NCBI RefSeq assembly: GCF_963921235.1
Contig: NC_086118.1
Coordinates: forward strand, 25,670,001-25,734,000
DNA from: Mobula hypostoma
Taxonomy: Eukaryota
Direction: 5' to 3'
DNA length: 64,000 bases
The notes beneath the pieces were generated by a model that saw only the letters and a list, made by a program, of their open reading frames with translations, had not been told where the DNA came from and did no database searches. Positions 35,101-49,584 of the stretch are shown here, one piece after another. A program made the position numbers and the translations under genes. The number at the start of each line of letters is the position of its first letter. Position 1 is the stretch's first letter.

Positions 35101-35923
35101 TGAGGCCCTCCATTGGTCAGGGGTGTCTGAGGATCTTGTGTCTGTGTGATATGCAGACATCCCACCCTGCAAAAACTCATTTCAGGGAGGTAGCACCATC
35201 AGTTTGCAGGAGACTTCCAGGAGAGGTGGAATGTCTGCAATAGAGTAGCTCCTTAGCAGTTAGCCAGCTAGTTTAAATAACGTTAGCTATGCTAATGAAC
35301 GAATGACACCTGTTAAACTCACCTCAACATGTCTTTTACAGTCTTAACCCACCATGGGCAATAGAAAAGTCACTGTTGCAAACAGTGCAGCGAGCAACAC
35401 TGTCATTATTTTTGACCCCTATTAGGCAGGGGTACACTTTAGTGTAGTCTGGGGTGACATATGTTTTATATTTTTTTTGGAACACTCTGCCATGGTGCAC
35501 TGGCTCTCTCTCGCTCTCGCTTGCTTTCTCTCTCGCGCTCTCGCTCTCTCTCTCTCACGCGTGCTCTCTCGTGGTCGCTCTCACGCTCTCTCTTGCTTTC
35601 TCTCGCTGGCTCTCAAAAAAATCTATTTCCGTGATATTGTATATAATTTGCGGGCATCAGGGAGCCACTATTCATATGCGGGAGACTCCCGGAACTTCCG
35701 GGAGAGGTGGATATGCAAGCCAGAGCAGTATGAAATGCCCATGTAGCAAGCTCCCGCTCTCCACACAGCTGATAAATCCAGAGGAATGGCCGAGACTGAT
35801 ACAGTTTGGCAGCAGTGACATTGCAGGAGTTACCAGTCAGTGTTCAACTCAACGTAGGACTGCCTTAGGGACTCCAGCTCTGGATATTTCCTCTGGTTTT
35901 ACTCCCTAAGCCTAACCCATGAG
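35101..35923 (-). mobile_element. Non-autonomous non-LTR element (5'-truncated), split by a DNA transposon
   Basis: 3' domain homologous to the SINE at 2713-2925. Confidence 0.7.
35154..35710. mobile_element. hAT-like MITE with internal (CT/CG)n tract
   Basis: Left end CAGACATCCCACC; inverted copies GAGAGGTGGAATGTCTG (35221-35237) and truncated GAGAGGTGG at the right end; GATATGCA repeated at 35148-35155 and 35710-35717. Confidence 0.7.
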
Positions 35924-37512
35924 AGGGAAATCAAAGACAGTATATAAAAAAAACAAAAAAAGTATATAATATAGAAGAAAAATAATGGGAATCTAGAGGA
36001 TTGGAAAGTTTTTAAAAACCAACAGAAGGCAACTAATAAAGCAACCATTTGAGAAAGGATGAAATATGAAGGTAAGCTAACTAATAATATAAAAGAGGAC
36101 ATATACGAAGAGTAAAAGAGAGGCAAGAATGGACATTGGACCACTGGAAAATGACACCAGAGGTACAAATGGAAGGAAAAAAACAGCAGATGAAATAAAT
36201 AAGTATTTTGCGTCACTGTTCACAGTGGAAGACATTAGCAGCGTGCCAGAAATTCAAGAGTGTCAGAGGGCGGAAGTGAGTGTAGTTGCTGTTACTAAGG
36301 AGAAGGTGCCTGGGAAGCTGAAAGGTCTGAAGGCACGTAAGTCACCTGGACCAGATGCACCACACCACAGAGATCTGAAAGAGGTAGCTGAAGAAATTTT
36401 GTAGGCATCAGTAGAATCTTTCAAGAATTGTGTCCAGATTCTGGAATGGTTCTGGAGGACTGGAAAATCACAAATGTCACTCCACTCTTTCAGAAGGGAG
36501 GCAAAATATAGGAAACAAGCGGTCAGGCAGCCTGAATTCAGTCAGCGCTTGGCAAGATGTTAGAGCTATTAGGGTTTCGAGGTACTTGGAAGCACATGAT
36601 AAAATGGGCTGAAGTCAGCATGCTTTCCTCAAGGGAAAATCTTGCCTGACAAACCTGTTGGAATTTTGAGAAAATAACAGGCAAGACAGACAAAGGTTTA
36701 AAGTTTCAAAGTACATGTATTGTCAAAGGAGAGTCATTGGATGTTATTTATCTGAATTTTTGGAAGGCCACTGACAAGCTGCTGCACATGGCTGCTAAAC
36801 AAGCTAAGAGCTCCTGGTATTACAAGATAGATACTGGCATGAATAGAAGATTGGATGGCTGGCAGGAGACAAAGAGTGGGAATGAGGGGACGTTTTCTGT
36901 TTGACTGTCAGTGATTAGTGGTGTTCCCCAGGTTCAGTATTGGGAGCATTTCTTTTCACTTTATATCTCAATGATTTGGATGACAGAACTGATGACTCTG
37001 TGGCCAAGTTTGCAGCTAATCCAAAGACAGGTGGAGGGGCAGGTAATGTTGAGGAAGCAGGGAGTCTGCAGAAGGATTTAAACAGATTGGGAGAATGGCC
37101 AAAGAAGTGGCAGACTGAATATAGAGCAAGGAAGTATATAGTTGTGCACTTTGGTAGAAGGAATAGTGGCATGGACTACTCTCTATATGGGGTGTGAATT
37201 CAAAAATCAGAGGTGCAGAAGGATTCAGGAGTCCTTGTGCAGGATTCCCTAAAGGTTAAGTTACAGGTTGAGTCGTTGGTAGGGGAGGTAAATACAATGT
37301 TAGCATTCATTTTGAGAGGACAAAAATATAAGAGCAAGGATGTGATGCTGAGGCTTTATAAGACATATGTAGACCACACTTGGACTATTGTGTGGAGGTT
37401 TAAGAAAAAGTGTGCTGGCAGTGGAGAGGGTCCAGAGGAGGTTCATGAAAATTATTCTGGGAATGAAAGGGTTAACATATGAGGAGCGTTTGATGGCTCT
37501 GGGCCTGCACCT
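35924..37512 (+). mobile_element. Degenerate CR1 ORF2 fragment
   Basis: NKYFASLFTVED..KSPGPD; LYLNDLDD..KFAAN; LVQDSLKV. Confidence 0.9.
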
Positions 37513-38032
37513 CACTACATGAAGGATGTGGATGCTATAGAGAGAGTGCAGAGGACATTTACAAGGATGTTGCCTGATTGGAGGGCATAGCTTATGAGAA
37601 TAGGTTGAGTGAACTTGGCCTTTTCTCCTTGGAGCGTTGGAGGATGAGAGGTGACCTGGTAGAGATGTATAAGATGATGAGAGGCATTGATTGTGTGGAT
37701 AGCCAGAGGCTTTTTTCCCAGGGCTGAAATGGCTAACGCAAAGGGGCATAGTTTTAAGGTGCTTGGAAATAGGTACTGAGGGAGTGTCAGGGGTAAGGTT
37801 TTCACACAGAGAGTGGTGGGTGCATGGAATGCACTGCCAGCAGCAGTGGTTGAAGTGGATACAATAGGGTCTTTTAAAAGCCTCTTAGATAGGTACACTG
37901 AGCTTAGAAAAGTAGAGGGCTGTGCACTAGGGAAATTCTAGACAGTTTCTGGAGAAGGTTACATGGTTGGCACAACATTGTGGGCCAAATGGCCTGTAAT
38001 ATGCTGTAGATTACTATGTTCTGTGTTCTATG
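37513..38032 (+). mobile_element. CR1 3' fragment of a second subfamily
   Basis: Highly similar to 63110-63620 (reverse complement); (GTTCT)n-type tail. Confidence 0.9.
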
Positions 38033-38264
38033 TACAAAGAGAAAATGCATTTTTATATATAAAACATTAACTCAGATTTTCCAAGCTTCACTTTATTTCA
38101 GTAAATCTATTCACTACACTGAATTACTGAAAGAGATGCGATAAATCTCACATTTCCTTCAAATTTTCACGTAATCTAAATGTGATTCAAGATTAAAGAT
38201 TGTTTATTATCATTTCTAGTACACAATTGTAAAGGAGAATGAAATAATTGTTATTCCACTTCCT

Positions 38265-41200
38265 TTTCCTTTTCAAATCTTTTTATTATTATATTATTCA
38301 AAAATAACACGAATACATTGAAGTAAGCAACACTTACAATGTCTCAAGGAAAAAAAAACATTATTTTAAAGATTGAACAATTTTGGTGATAATAAAAAAA
38401 CCCTATTCAGCAGAAAAAGCAGGAAAAAAACCCCATTAGGTGTACAACCCCGGAGCCATGCATCATACAAAAAGCTTCTAATGATAAACATCAAACCGCC
38501 AGCAAGAAAAAAACTACCAAAAATTTACAATTAGATCGTGGAGGAAATCTATCAATTAACTCAAATGATAATAATGAGCAAATGAACCCCATCTTTTCTC
38601 AAAATCATATGAACGTTCAAAGGTTCAGCTTCTAATTTTCTCCAAATTAAGACATAGCATCACTTGAGAGAACCATTGTGACAAAGTGGGAGCTGATGTA
38701 TCCTTCCACTTCAACAAAATGGCCCTCCTAGCTATCGATGTAACAAATGCAATAACATGTTGATCAGACACAGAGATACCACGGATATTTTGAGGAATTA
38801 TTCTGAAAAGCACAGTTAATTTGTCAGGTGGTAAATTAATTTTAAGTCCTTTAGAAATTGTTGAAAAAACTGACTTCCAGAACTGTTCCAGTATAGAACA
38901 AGACCAAAACGTGTGTGTCAGTGTAGCTGCCTCAGTTTTACATCTATCACAATAACTATCAACATTAGGAAATATTTTAGACAGTCTCTCCTTCGTCAAA
39001 CGGTAACGATATACAATTTTAAATTGAATCAGTGAATGACTAGCACAGGTCGAAGAAGAGTTAACCAGCTTCGGAATCCACGCCCAATCCTCCGTCATAA
39101 AAGTCAAATTGAGTTCCTTTTCCCAATCTTGTTTAATATTAAATAAAGGACGCTTATCCCATTGTAATAATAAATTATAAATTCTTCCAATAGAACCCTT
39201 CGTCGAAGGGTTCAGACTCATAATAGTATCTAAGAGGTCAGCCTCCAATACGTAAGGAAAATTACTTAAATATTTTTGTAAGAAATGCCTAACTTGAAGG
39301 TATTGTAAAAAGTGTGAGTATGAAAGAGAATATTTATCAACCAATTGTTCAAAAGACATCAATCTATCTTCTTTAAATAAATCGAGAAAAGAACTAATAC
39401 CTTTATTTTTCCAAAGTAAAAAAAATGGGTCACTCAAAGAAGGCTTAAAAAAGTAATTTTGATAAATTAAACTTCAAAGTTTAAATTTTTTAAAGAATAA
39501 AAACATTGTGGAACTGGAGCCAAATTTGTAAAGAATGCTTAATCACAAGGTATAGGTTTAAATTAGCAACTTTAGCTAATTGTATAGGTAAAGCAACTCC
39601 AAATAACGAGATTAAATAAAACTATTTCACAGCTTTCAATTCCAGGTCTACACAAATTGGCTGATTGTTCTTATCAACCCAATTAAATAAAACTGTTTCA
39701 CAGCTTTCAATTCCAGGTCTACCCAAATTGGCCGATTGTTCTTATCAACCCAATATAAACAAAAGGACATGTATCGCACATTAACAGCCCAGTAATGCAT
39801 TCTTAAATTAGGCAAAGTGAGACCGCCATCCTTTTTCAACTTTTGTAAGTGACATTTACTAATTCTTGGTCTCTTATTATTCCAAATAAAAGATAAAATA
39901 ATAGAATCAATCCAATCAAACAGCTTCTTAGTCAAAAAAAACAGGGATATTCTGAAATAAATATAACAATTTTGGTAAAATCATCATTTTAACTATATGG
40001 ATACGACCGAAAAGTGAAAATGTAAGTGGACTCCATCTACTAAATAAATACTTCATAGAGTCTACCAAGGGAACAAAATTGGCTTTATAAAGATCCTTAT
40101 TTTTTTAGTGATTATAACACCTAAATATCTAAAAGAATCCGCGACTTTGAAGGGAGTATTATCATATATAGAGACAGATTCATTTAAAGGAAACAATTCA
40201 CTTTTACCAAAATTTATTTTATATCCTGAAAAATCTCCAAATTCATTGAATAATTTTAGCCAGGCAGGAATAGATTCTTCGGGATTAGATATATAAACCA
40301 ATAAATCGTCAGCGTAAAGAGAAATCTTATGAATGGTCTCATTCACAAAAATCCCATGAATATTTTTAGCTTCATGAAAAGCAATAACAAGGGGTTCTAA
40401 TATTAAATTAAATAACAAAGGACTTAATGGACAACCTTGTCTTGTCCCCATGAAAGCTGAAAAAAGGAGACCTACAGTTGTTAGTGACAACAGTAGCAAT
40501 AGGAGCTTTGTATATCATTCTAATCCAATTATGAAAATTAACACCAAAGCCAAATTTCTCTAAAACATTAAATAAATATTTCCATTCGACTCGATCGAAA
40601 GCTTTTTCAGCATCCAAAGAGATGACGCATTGCGGAGTTTTAAAAGAGGACGAATATATAATACTAAATAGTCTCCAAACATTTGAAAAAGAATAATGGC
40701 CCTTTATAAAGCCTGTTTGATCTTTAAAAATAATTTTACCCAAAATATTCTCCAACCGATTGGCCATTATCTTTGACGGAATCTTAGCATCAACATTCGA
40801 TAATGAAATAGGTCTATATGAGGCACAGTCAGTAGGATCTTTATCCTTTTTAAGAATTAAAGAAATAGACGCCTCATAGAAAGTACAGGGTAAATCACCT
40901 TTCACAAAAGAAACATTTCCAACATATACGGAGAAAGCAATTTTCCAAATTTTTTATAAAATTCTACAGGATAGCCATCAAGTCCAGGGGCCTTACCAGA
41001 CTGCATTGAAAAAAAACACCTTTATGAATTTTGGCTTCAGTAGTCTGGGCATCCAGAGTTTTTTGATCCTCAACAGAAATTTTAGGAAAAGCAATCTTTC
41101 GTAAGAAAGCATTCATTTCAGAAGAATCTACTGGACATTGAGATTTATAAAGTTCAATATAAAAATCTTGAAAAATATTATTAATTTATTCATATTCCCA

Positions 41201-42860
41201 AGCCAGGGTACCATCTTTCCTACGAATTTTCAAATTTGCCTTTTGGCTCTAGCCGTTTTTAATTGAGATGTGAGCAGTTTGTTATTTTTATCTCCAAACA
41301 TATAAAATTGGCTCTTTAACTTAAGCAAATAGCCTTCAATGGGATGAGTTAGTAATAGGTTATATTGTGATTGAAGTTCCACCCTTTGTTTGAATAAATC
41401 AATATTAGGGGAAATTGCATAAATATTATCTAATCCTTTAATTTGTTTTGAAATCTTATCTAATTCTGTTTTAGTCTGTTTTTAAGCTTAGCTGAATAAG
41501 AACTGATCTGACCACGTAGAAATGCTTTAAATGTATCCCATATAATTAATTTGGACGTACCCCTTATATCATTAAAAAGAAAAAAATGCTTCTATCTGGG
41601 TTTCAATGAAACTGACAAAGACAGAGTTTTGCAATAATGTCTGAGACATGCGCCATGGTGGGCGGGAAAGAATGACGTCATCAAATTAAAAAGCAAAACT
41701 CAGAGGCGCAGGATTAGATATAGCAATAGCATCATATTCACAATTTTTAACACTAGGCAGGAAGCAGGGATCGATTGTAATATAATCAATCCTTGAATTT
41801 TTTTATAAGCATGTGAAAAAAAAGAATATTTTCTGTTATCGGAGTGCAGATATCTCCATAATTCGATCAATCCAAAATCGATCAAAAAGGAGTTAATAAG
41901 TGACGCAGAGCGATTTGGAAGTCACTGATTGGTTGAGCTCTTGTCAATCATAGGATTTAAACAACAGTTAAAATCCCCGCCCATTATCAACATATATTCA
42001 TTTAAATCAGGCAGTAAAGCAAATACCTTTTTAAAAAAAGAAGGATCATCTAAGTTAGGACAATACAGATTGACCAAAACAACTTTTCTGTTATAGATCA
42101 CTCCTTTAACAATTAAAAATCTACCATTAGAATCTGACTCAATATCCTCTTGAATAAATATATTGGATTTAATAACGATGGACATGCCTTTAGTTTTACT
42201 CTGAGAAGTAGAGTGGAACTGCAAACCTCCCCACCACCCAAAAATCTATTTTGATCTCCCGCCCTGATATGTGTCTCTTGAGCAGAAATTATATCAGGTT
42301 GGAATTGGTTAATAATTTTAAGTCTTTTTTCATTTGATAGGATGATTCCAACCACGTACATTCCAACTTATTACATTAATCCATTTAAATACCACACTAT
42401 AATTTTATTCTACTTATACATGCGCAGAGCACATACCAATACGGGATGATCAAAAATGGCAGCGATGAAGAATACAACCACATAGAAAAACGCATGCTCC
42501 GGAACCACCCAATGGGAAAAAACTCCTAACTCTAACCCCACCCACCTCCCCGAAAGCCCGAAAAAAAGGCAAGCAACCTATGATAGAATACAAAGCCAGG
42601 GACTGCTCTGTCTGTACAGAAAAAAAAATTTAAAGGACATTCTTTCCCTCCTCTTAGTTAGTAAAAAAAAACGGAGGGACCTTGTAAGAAAAATGATAAA
42701 GTCTCAACAAAGGAAAGTATTTACATTCCAGCATCTATTAAACAAAAGAACCAAAATAATGTTATCTCTTAAAAAGAAAAACCAGCACCATTTTAAAGTT
42801 TAACATTAAATCCCTTAAAAAAAACTTCAAATTCAGTTATAAGACGCTATAATAGGCCTC
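38265..42860 (-). mobile_element. 5'-truncated L1-clade LINE (inter-ORF region, ORF2 EN-RT-CCHC, 3' UTR)
   Basis: QETH, NLYCPN, GGDFN (EN); YRPISL, SLDAEKAFDRVEW, GTRQGCPLSPLLF, YADD (RT); CDRCKTEAATLTHTFWSC; AATAAA plus A-rich tail at ~38265-38290. Confidence 0.95.
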
Positions 42861-42994
42861 GAGCTCTTTGAAATGTTCTCAAGTGATTTTTGTTTGAATT
42901 TTATCAAATTAATGTTGTAATATTATATTTAATTTGTTGTAGTTTATGTTTTTTTATATTATTGAATGTCAGATATCATCACAAGAGTTCCAGT

Positions 42995-43100
42995 TATTGA
43001 CAGACTGATTATGGGTCTCAGCCCAAAATGTCGACTATTCCTCTCCATGGATTTTGCCAGAGCTCCTCCAGGATTTTGTGTGCCTTGCTCTGGATTTCCG
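42995..43100 (+). mobile_element. Degenerate Penelope pLTR tail
   Basis: CTGATTATGGGTCTCAGCCCAAAATGTCGACT, a decayed hammerhead. Confidence 0.7.
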
Positions 43101-43287
43101 GCAGCTGCAGAATCTTTTGTGTATCTGACAGATAGCTTGACTTGGGAGCAAGACTCGACCCCACTGTCAAAGTGCATGGTTTTACACTGTCAGGACTGAC
43201 TTTGGTCCTGGAGCAGAGAGTATATTGAGTGAATGGTGAGCATGGTGAGCTAAACATGCGTATCATGCCCATCCCATTATAGAGTAA

Positions 43288-43433
43288 CACACACCGAAGG
43301 GTCCTGCCAAAGGGTCTCGGCCTGAAAAGACAACTGTACTTTTTTCCATAGATGCTGCTTGACCTGCTGAGTTCCTCCAGCATTTTGTGTGTGTTGCTCG
43401 GATTTCCAGCATCTTCAGATTTTCTTTTGTTTG
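43288..43433 (+). mobile_element. 146-bp Penelope pLTR micro-insertion
   Basis: Perfect 14-bp TSD CCATTATAGAGTAA (43274-43287, 43434-43447). Confidence 0.85.
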
Positions 43434-44482
43434 CCATTATAGAGTAAGATGATCAGTTAGAGCGTTATGTGCAAATTTAGGTGCTCTTTATTTAAAGATT
43501 ATTAAAGCCATAGACAGGATTCACCAGCAACTTCTTCAGATAGTCAACTTCCTAATCATTTTCTTTTTAAAATCTAATATGTTATGCATACTTATATATC
43601 AAACTGTAACATTTTCCCTACAATAAAACTTAGTCAGCTGAAAGAGTCAGTCCCACACTTCACCCTAAGGCCCTCTTCTTCAATTGGCTTTACTATTGAG
43701 TGTAATTGGATCAAGGAATTTCTATAGTATCCACTTTAGCGAACCCTGGAATCCAGTATGAATCTTCAGTATCTGGAGTGCAACACATTGGAGGAGATTG
43801 GCAAGAGGTTGATGAAAGGAAACATTTCAATATGAAGTATAATAAAGCCACGATAATTTGCTATTTGATCACTTAGAAACTCCACTTCCCAAGATCTTCC
43901 TTCACACACTGAGGTCCTGGTTCCCACATCTCTTCCTCTCACTGGAGACACAGTCCATGTGCTCCCTCCACTTGCTAAGGCCCAATTCCTGTGTGGTTCC
44001 CCCATCTACTCATTCGGCATTGCCTCACTATTCACTATTTCGGGCCTGATTCCCACATTCATTTCTACTTTGTGGAGCCCCTTTCACTCAGGGGCCCCCC
44101 AATTCTTGCAGTTCATATCCACTCAATGGGTTCTGGTCCCGCCATGCCATTCAAACTCACCTGGTTTTGTTTCCTGCATTCACATTAAAATTACTAGGTT
44201 TACTGCAATGTCACTGTGTTTAAATTTCTGATTTAAATGTATTAATAAAAAAATCCAATAATCTGGAAAGCCTGTAATTCTGGTACCATCCTAAAGTCCT
44301 AAAAGTGACAGAGTAATGGAGTTTTGCTACTTTTACTTCAACTGTAAGACGTCTAGCACTTTTTACATGAGGTACCATCCAAAAGCTCATTAAAACTCAA
44401 AATTTACTCAAAAACATGATGAGGAAATCATTTTAATACACAAGAATAACTCCTATATAAAATATCATTCAAACAGCATGCA

Positions 44483-44858
44483 AGACTATAAGACATAGGA
44501 GCAGAATTAGGCCACTTGGTCCATTGAGTCCACTCTCCATTTCATCATGGCTGATCAGTTTCCCTCTCAACCCCGTTCTCCTTGCCTTCTCCCCGTATCC
44601 TTTCATATCCTGGTTGGAGAACCTATCAACCTCCTCGCACCCAGTGACCTGGCTTCCATAGCTGCCTGTAGCAACCAATTCCACAGATTCACCACTCTCT
44701 GTTTAAAGAAATTCCTTCTCATCTCTGTTCTAAATGGACATCCCTCTGTTTTAAGGCTTTGTCCTCTGATCCTAGACTCCCACACCAAAGGAAACATCCT
44801 CTTCACATCCACTCTGTCGAGGCATTTCAACATTCGGTAGGTTTCAATGAGATACCTC
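44483..44858 (-). mobile_element. CR1 3' fragment
   Basis: LIETYRMLKCLDRVD..RNFFKQRVVNLWN. Confidence 0.9.
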
Positions 44859-45631
44859 ACGTATACACACATATTATTCCATATGTTGTACTAAAGCATT
44901 ATTTTACTCTACTGGCAAATGATAATGACTCTGAACTCTCTGAAAAGCAGTGAGTGACAGGATGTTGCTGAGGAAGTATTTATCAGGAAAGTTGGACGTA
45001 ACAAGGAGGCATTAAATCTAAAACATTGCCAACTGGGATTAAAATGGCGTCTCTGTTACCAAATGTATTAAGGAAATTCAAAGAAAAACAAACTAAAAAT
45101 GTAAGTCTTACAGTGGAAATTGAAAGTAGGCCTTCAGTTCTCAAAATTCATGGGCATCTACGTTTGATCTAAGATCGTTTGTGTCAGAGTAAACATATGT
45201 GATTTATTGTTGGCTATAGTAGATGGCAGATTAAGTAACAGAAAAATTACATGCACATGCTGTTCTTATACATAGAACCCATCAACGAGATCCAAGCCTT
45301 TTTATCAGAACCAGAAATTTCGGGGAAAATAAGTTGAGGTTATTGTAGCAACTCTGAGTCTTGGCTATTTGCATGTTAATAACCTGTAATTCTGAACTGC
45401 TTCAACGTCCCAAACACACACTGTTTAATAGGCAGGTATCCAACATGTTAATGGAAACCTGTCACATATGATTTACCTTGGAGAACACTTCTACCTGCAA
45501 ACCATTAACTGTGTGACATTTCTTCTTACAAATCTGTTGCAGAGAAATGTACCTTGAAGTAACTTATGCTGAATGCACAGCAAAGTCAGTGTCATCTTGT
45601 ATCAGTGTTTCATGCCTCACAGTTTCCTTTG

Positions 45632-45980
45632 TTGTAGTCCTAAGGAAGGGACTTGGCTTAAAACAGCGACTGTTTACTATTTTCTGTAGATGCTGCCTGG
45701 CCTGCTGAGTTCCTGCATCATTTTAGGGTATTGCTTTGATTTCCAGCATCTGCAGATTTTCTCTTGTTCAGAATATGAACAAGCATCTCAATTTTGGTAG
45801 GGTCCAAAGCTGGAGGAAAATGGTAAACAAGTGAAGCTATAGAAGGCAGCAACACATAAACAGCCTCGGCCCCAAACGTCAACACTTTATTCATTTCTAT
45901 AGGTGCTGCCTGTCCTGCTGAGTTCCTCCAGTATTTTGTGTGTGTTGCTTTGGATTTCAAGCATCTGCAGACTTTCTCAT
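45632..45980 (+). mobile_element. Two tandem Penelope pLTR tails
   Basis: 45632-45770 and 45862-45980 both carry the GCTGCCTG..CTGCTGAGTTCCT..ATCTGCAGA tail. Confidence 0.8.
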
Positions 45981-46295
45981 GATTAACATAAATATATATA
46001 AAACTAACTACAGTATAACTTCCTGTTTGTATATGAACGACAGTTTAAAAAGAGACAGTACTGTCACACTCCCAAGGACAATATGGTGTAGGTAAATGAG
46101 CACGGTTCTGTACTAAGAACAAAACACATCCACTTCTCTGTGTTTGGTATTGCTGTGAGTTCCAGCTACAATGGCTGTGTAAAAAGGTAGTCAGGGTTCT
46201 TCTAGGGGTAAGGAGAAAGGTGTTACAGTGAAATTAATGAACATATATTCCAAGCAATCCTCATCGGTCTATACCACTTGCAGTGTTGTGGTGAT

Positions 46296-47200
46296 GGCAG
46301 CATGGTAGTGTAGTGATTCCTGTAACACTTCACTGCACCAGCTCTAAGATTCAGGTTCAATTCCCACTGCCAAATATTGTCCTGGTGAATGTGTGGGCTT
46401 CCTCTGGGTGTTCCAGTTTCCTCCCCACATTCCAAAGACATAATATAATACCATAATTCCATAAGATATAGGAGCAGAATTAGGCCATTTGGCACATCAA
46501 GTCTGCTCTGCCATTTCATCATGGCTGATCCATTTTCCATCTCAGCCCAAATCTCCTGCCTCCACCCCATATCTCTTCATGACCCGACTACTCAAGAATC
46601 CATCAACTTCTGCCTTAAACATACCCAATGACTTGGCCTCCACAACGATCTGCGGCAATGCATTCCACAGATTCATCATCTCTGGCTAAAGAAATTCCTC
46701 CTCATCTCCATTCTAAAAAGTTCATCCTTCTATTCTGAGGCTGTGTCCTCTGGTCTAAGACTCCCGCACCACAGGAAACATCCTCTCCACATCCACTCTA
46801 TCAAGGCTTTTCAACATTCAATAGATTTCAATGAGCTCACCCCTCATTCTACTGAATTCCAGTGAGTATAGGCCCAGAGCCATCAAATGCTCTTCATATG
46901 ATAAGCTTTTTGATCTGGGAATAATTTTCATGAACCTCCTTTGAACCCTCTCCAAGGTCAGTCATCCCTTCTTAGATAAGGGGTCCAAACCTGCTCACAA
47001 TACTCCAAGTGAGGCCTCACCAGTGCTTTATAAAGCCTCAACATTACATCCTTGCGTGTTAGGGTTAGTAAATTGTGGGCATGCTATGTTGGTGCCGGAA
47101 ACATGGGGACACTTATGGGCTGCCGCAGCACATGCTCAACACAAACAACACACTTCACTGCATGTTTTGATGTATATTGACAAATAAAGCTAATCTTTAT
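46296..47200 (+). mobile_element. V-type tRNA SINE (Rex1-like tail) split by a CR1 3' fragment (46445-47053, minus strand)
   Basis: B-box GGTTCAATTCC ~46354; V domain; tail resumes at ~47056. Confidence 0.8.
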
Positions 47201-48107
47201 CTGGTTACAGAGAAACTCCACAGACATTGATCGAAATAGGGCAGTCAGAAAACAGTTACAAATTAACCCTCAAAACCAATCACGTACTTACAAACAAATG
47301 AAGCAAGTTCTGCAGCAGCAAGATCCTGAGGTGATTTACAAAATTACAAAAATAGCTTTTGAATGGTGGCTTTGTTCTGCAGCTTGCTAGCCAATCAATA
47401 TTCTGAGCCATGGGCCGGAAGGATGCAAGAATGAGCTCAATTAGTTAAATAAGTCACTAATTTATGTTTTCCCCGCTCTGAGATGTTCAAAGTGTGATTT
47501 TGCTCCAAAGAAATTGAGATCAAATAAGTTACAGTGGAAATAATCCAGTATTAATAATGCTGGATTGTTTTGTAATGGATTGTAGAAAAATAGTAGTGAG
47601 ATTGTCTTTTTTTTCCCCTTCAGTAAGGGATCATATATATCATCGACTGTATGCGTCTGTTAAAAATAATCTGTATTCTCCTGAGAGAGACAAGAAACAA
47701 GATAAAAAGCAACATCATCAGAATCAGCCCAAGAATCGATGACCACATTATGCTGGATTAATCCATTTGATCTTCTTTAACCTTTTAGCAGCTTTCACCT
47801 CTGCCGACACCCAGTGTCTTCTCTATGTTGTGCTTGCCTGCAAAGAGTGAGGCAAATGCAGTGACGTTTTTCAGATGGTACAACAGCTCTGACTACTAAA
47901 CAACGCCATCTATTACTTAAATATTGAATGATGAGAATGTTGTTAAATACGTTTGATAGAAACGACTGTTCTTACTCATTAACATGCATTCATACATCAA
48001 GATCAGCTAACAGATTATGAGGTTTAAAAATGATACATTTAAAAAAGAAACATTTGGATTTAGGAAAAATTAACAGTATTTTATATCAAGATTTGTTCAT
48101 GTAATAG

Positions 48108-48368
48108 TACAGTGGCATAGTGGTTATCCCAATGCTTTACAGTATCAGCAACCCAGGTTCAATTCCCGCCACTGCCTGTAAGGAGTTTGTATGTTCTCCC
48201 CGTGACCGCATGGGTTTCCTACAGTTCCTCTGGTTTCCAACCACAGTCCAAAGATGCGTTGGTAGGTTAATTGGTCATTGTGATTAGGCTAGGATTTAAT
48301 TGGGGGATTGCTGGGCGGCGTGGCTCAAAGGGCCAGAAGGGCCTATTCCACACTGTATCTCAATAAAT
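48108..48368 (+). mobile_element. V/HE1-type tRNA SINE
   Basis: A/B boxes; V domain TTCTCCCCGTGACCGCATGGGTTTCC; CR1-like tail. Confidence 0.85.
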
Positions 48369-48569
48369 AGAAGTTTGGTTGTCACACTTTTAAGAAATAA
48401 AATAATTTCTCGGTACCTAGAATTTCCCGTTTATTTTTTACAAGTTCCTCATTAATTTTCAGCAGCTTCTTCAGAGTTGTTAATAATTTAATGGGAAATT
48501 CACTCTCCGTGAGTAATGTACTAAATAGATGGTTAGCTCATTTTCATTCATCTTTGCATCTTTTCTCAG

Positions 48570-48899
48570 AGGTAGGAGATACAGAGGCCTGAAGGCACAC
48601 ACTCAGCGATTCAGGAACAGCTTCTTCCCCTCTGCCATCCGATTTCTGGATGGACATTGAAGCTTTGCACACTACCTCACGTTTTTTAATATACAGTATT
48701 TCTGTTTTTACACATTTTAAAAAATCTATTCAATATACGTAATTGATTTACTTGTTTATTTATTATTATATTTTATTTTTATTTATTATTACTATTTTTT
48801 TCTCCCTCTGATAGATTATGTATTGCATTGAACTGCTGCTGCTAAATTGACAAATTTCACGTCACATGCCGGTGATAATAAACCTGATTCTGATTCTGA
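48570..48899 (+). mobile_element. Rex1/Babar 3' end
   Basis: RRYRGLKAHTQRFRNSFFPSAIRFL; (CTGATT)n tail. Confidence 0.85.
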
Positions 48900-49584
48900 A
48901 GGAGGTTAACAATCAGACCTTCCACTCTGGGAAGGGAATTTTCTGTATCCACATCCGGTTCAAACTCTGCACGTGGCCTGCTCCCCAGATCTCACACCGA
49001 GTCTGATTCTGCAGCAAGCCTCAAGTGAGCAATGCCGTGTACAGCGAGGGAAAGGCGTGGTCTGGAAGCATTTCAGTGGTGGTAATAAATAGTTTAGATG
49101 ATTGATTGAACACGAGGTTTAAATATCAAGGGCGAAGCAGCAACAGAGCTGCACACCACCTCATGCGGCCAGATTAAGCTATCAGGAAGGAATAAACATG
49201 GTGATTTATGCAGGCCACAAGAATGCAGATAATTGACCTGCCAGTTCACAGCTCCACTGACTGAGGATCAACCCTGACCTCTGGGACCATCTGTGTACAG
49301 CTTACACTTTCCCCCTGGCACTATTCCTCCAATACTCCAAACTTGTGCGTTGGAATTTAATTATCCTCTGTAAGTGGACCTCAGTTTGTCGGTGAATGTT
49401 CTAATCAGGTGGATTTCATGGGAATGAGGGGAGAATAGACTGGAAGAACATTAGAGTGGGAATGGAATTGGTCGGTGAGCCAGCATGAATTCAAAAGGCT
49501 AAAATGGAAATATGCTACTTCAGTTTCAGGATAGGAATTGGAAAGTAAAAGTTCTAATGACTTGTGGTATAATGATTCTGGTAT

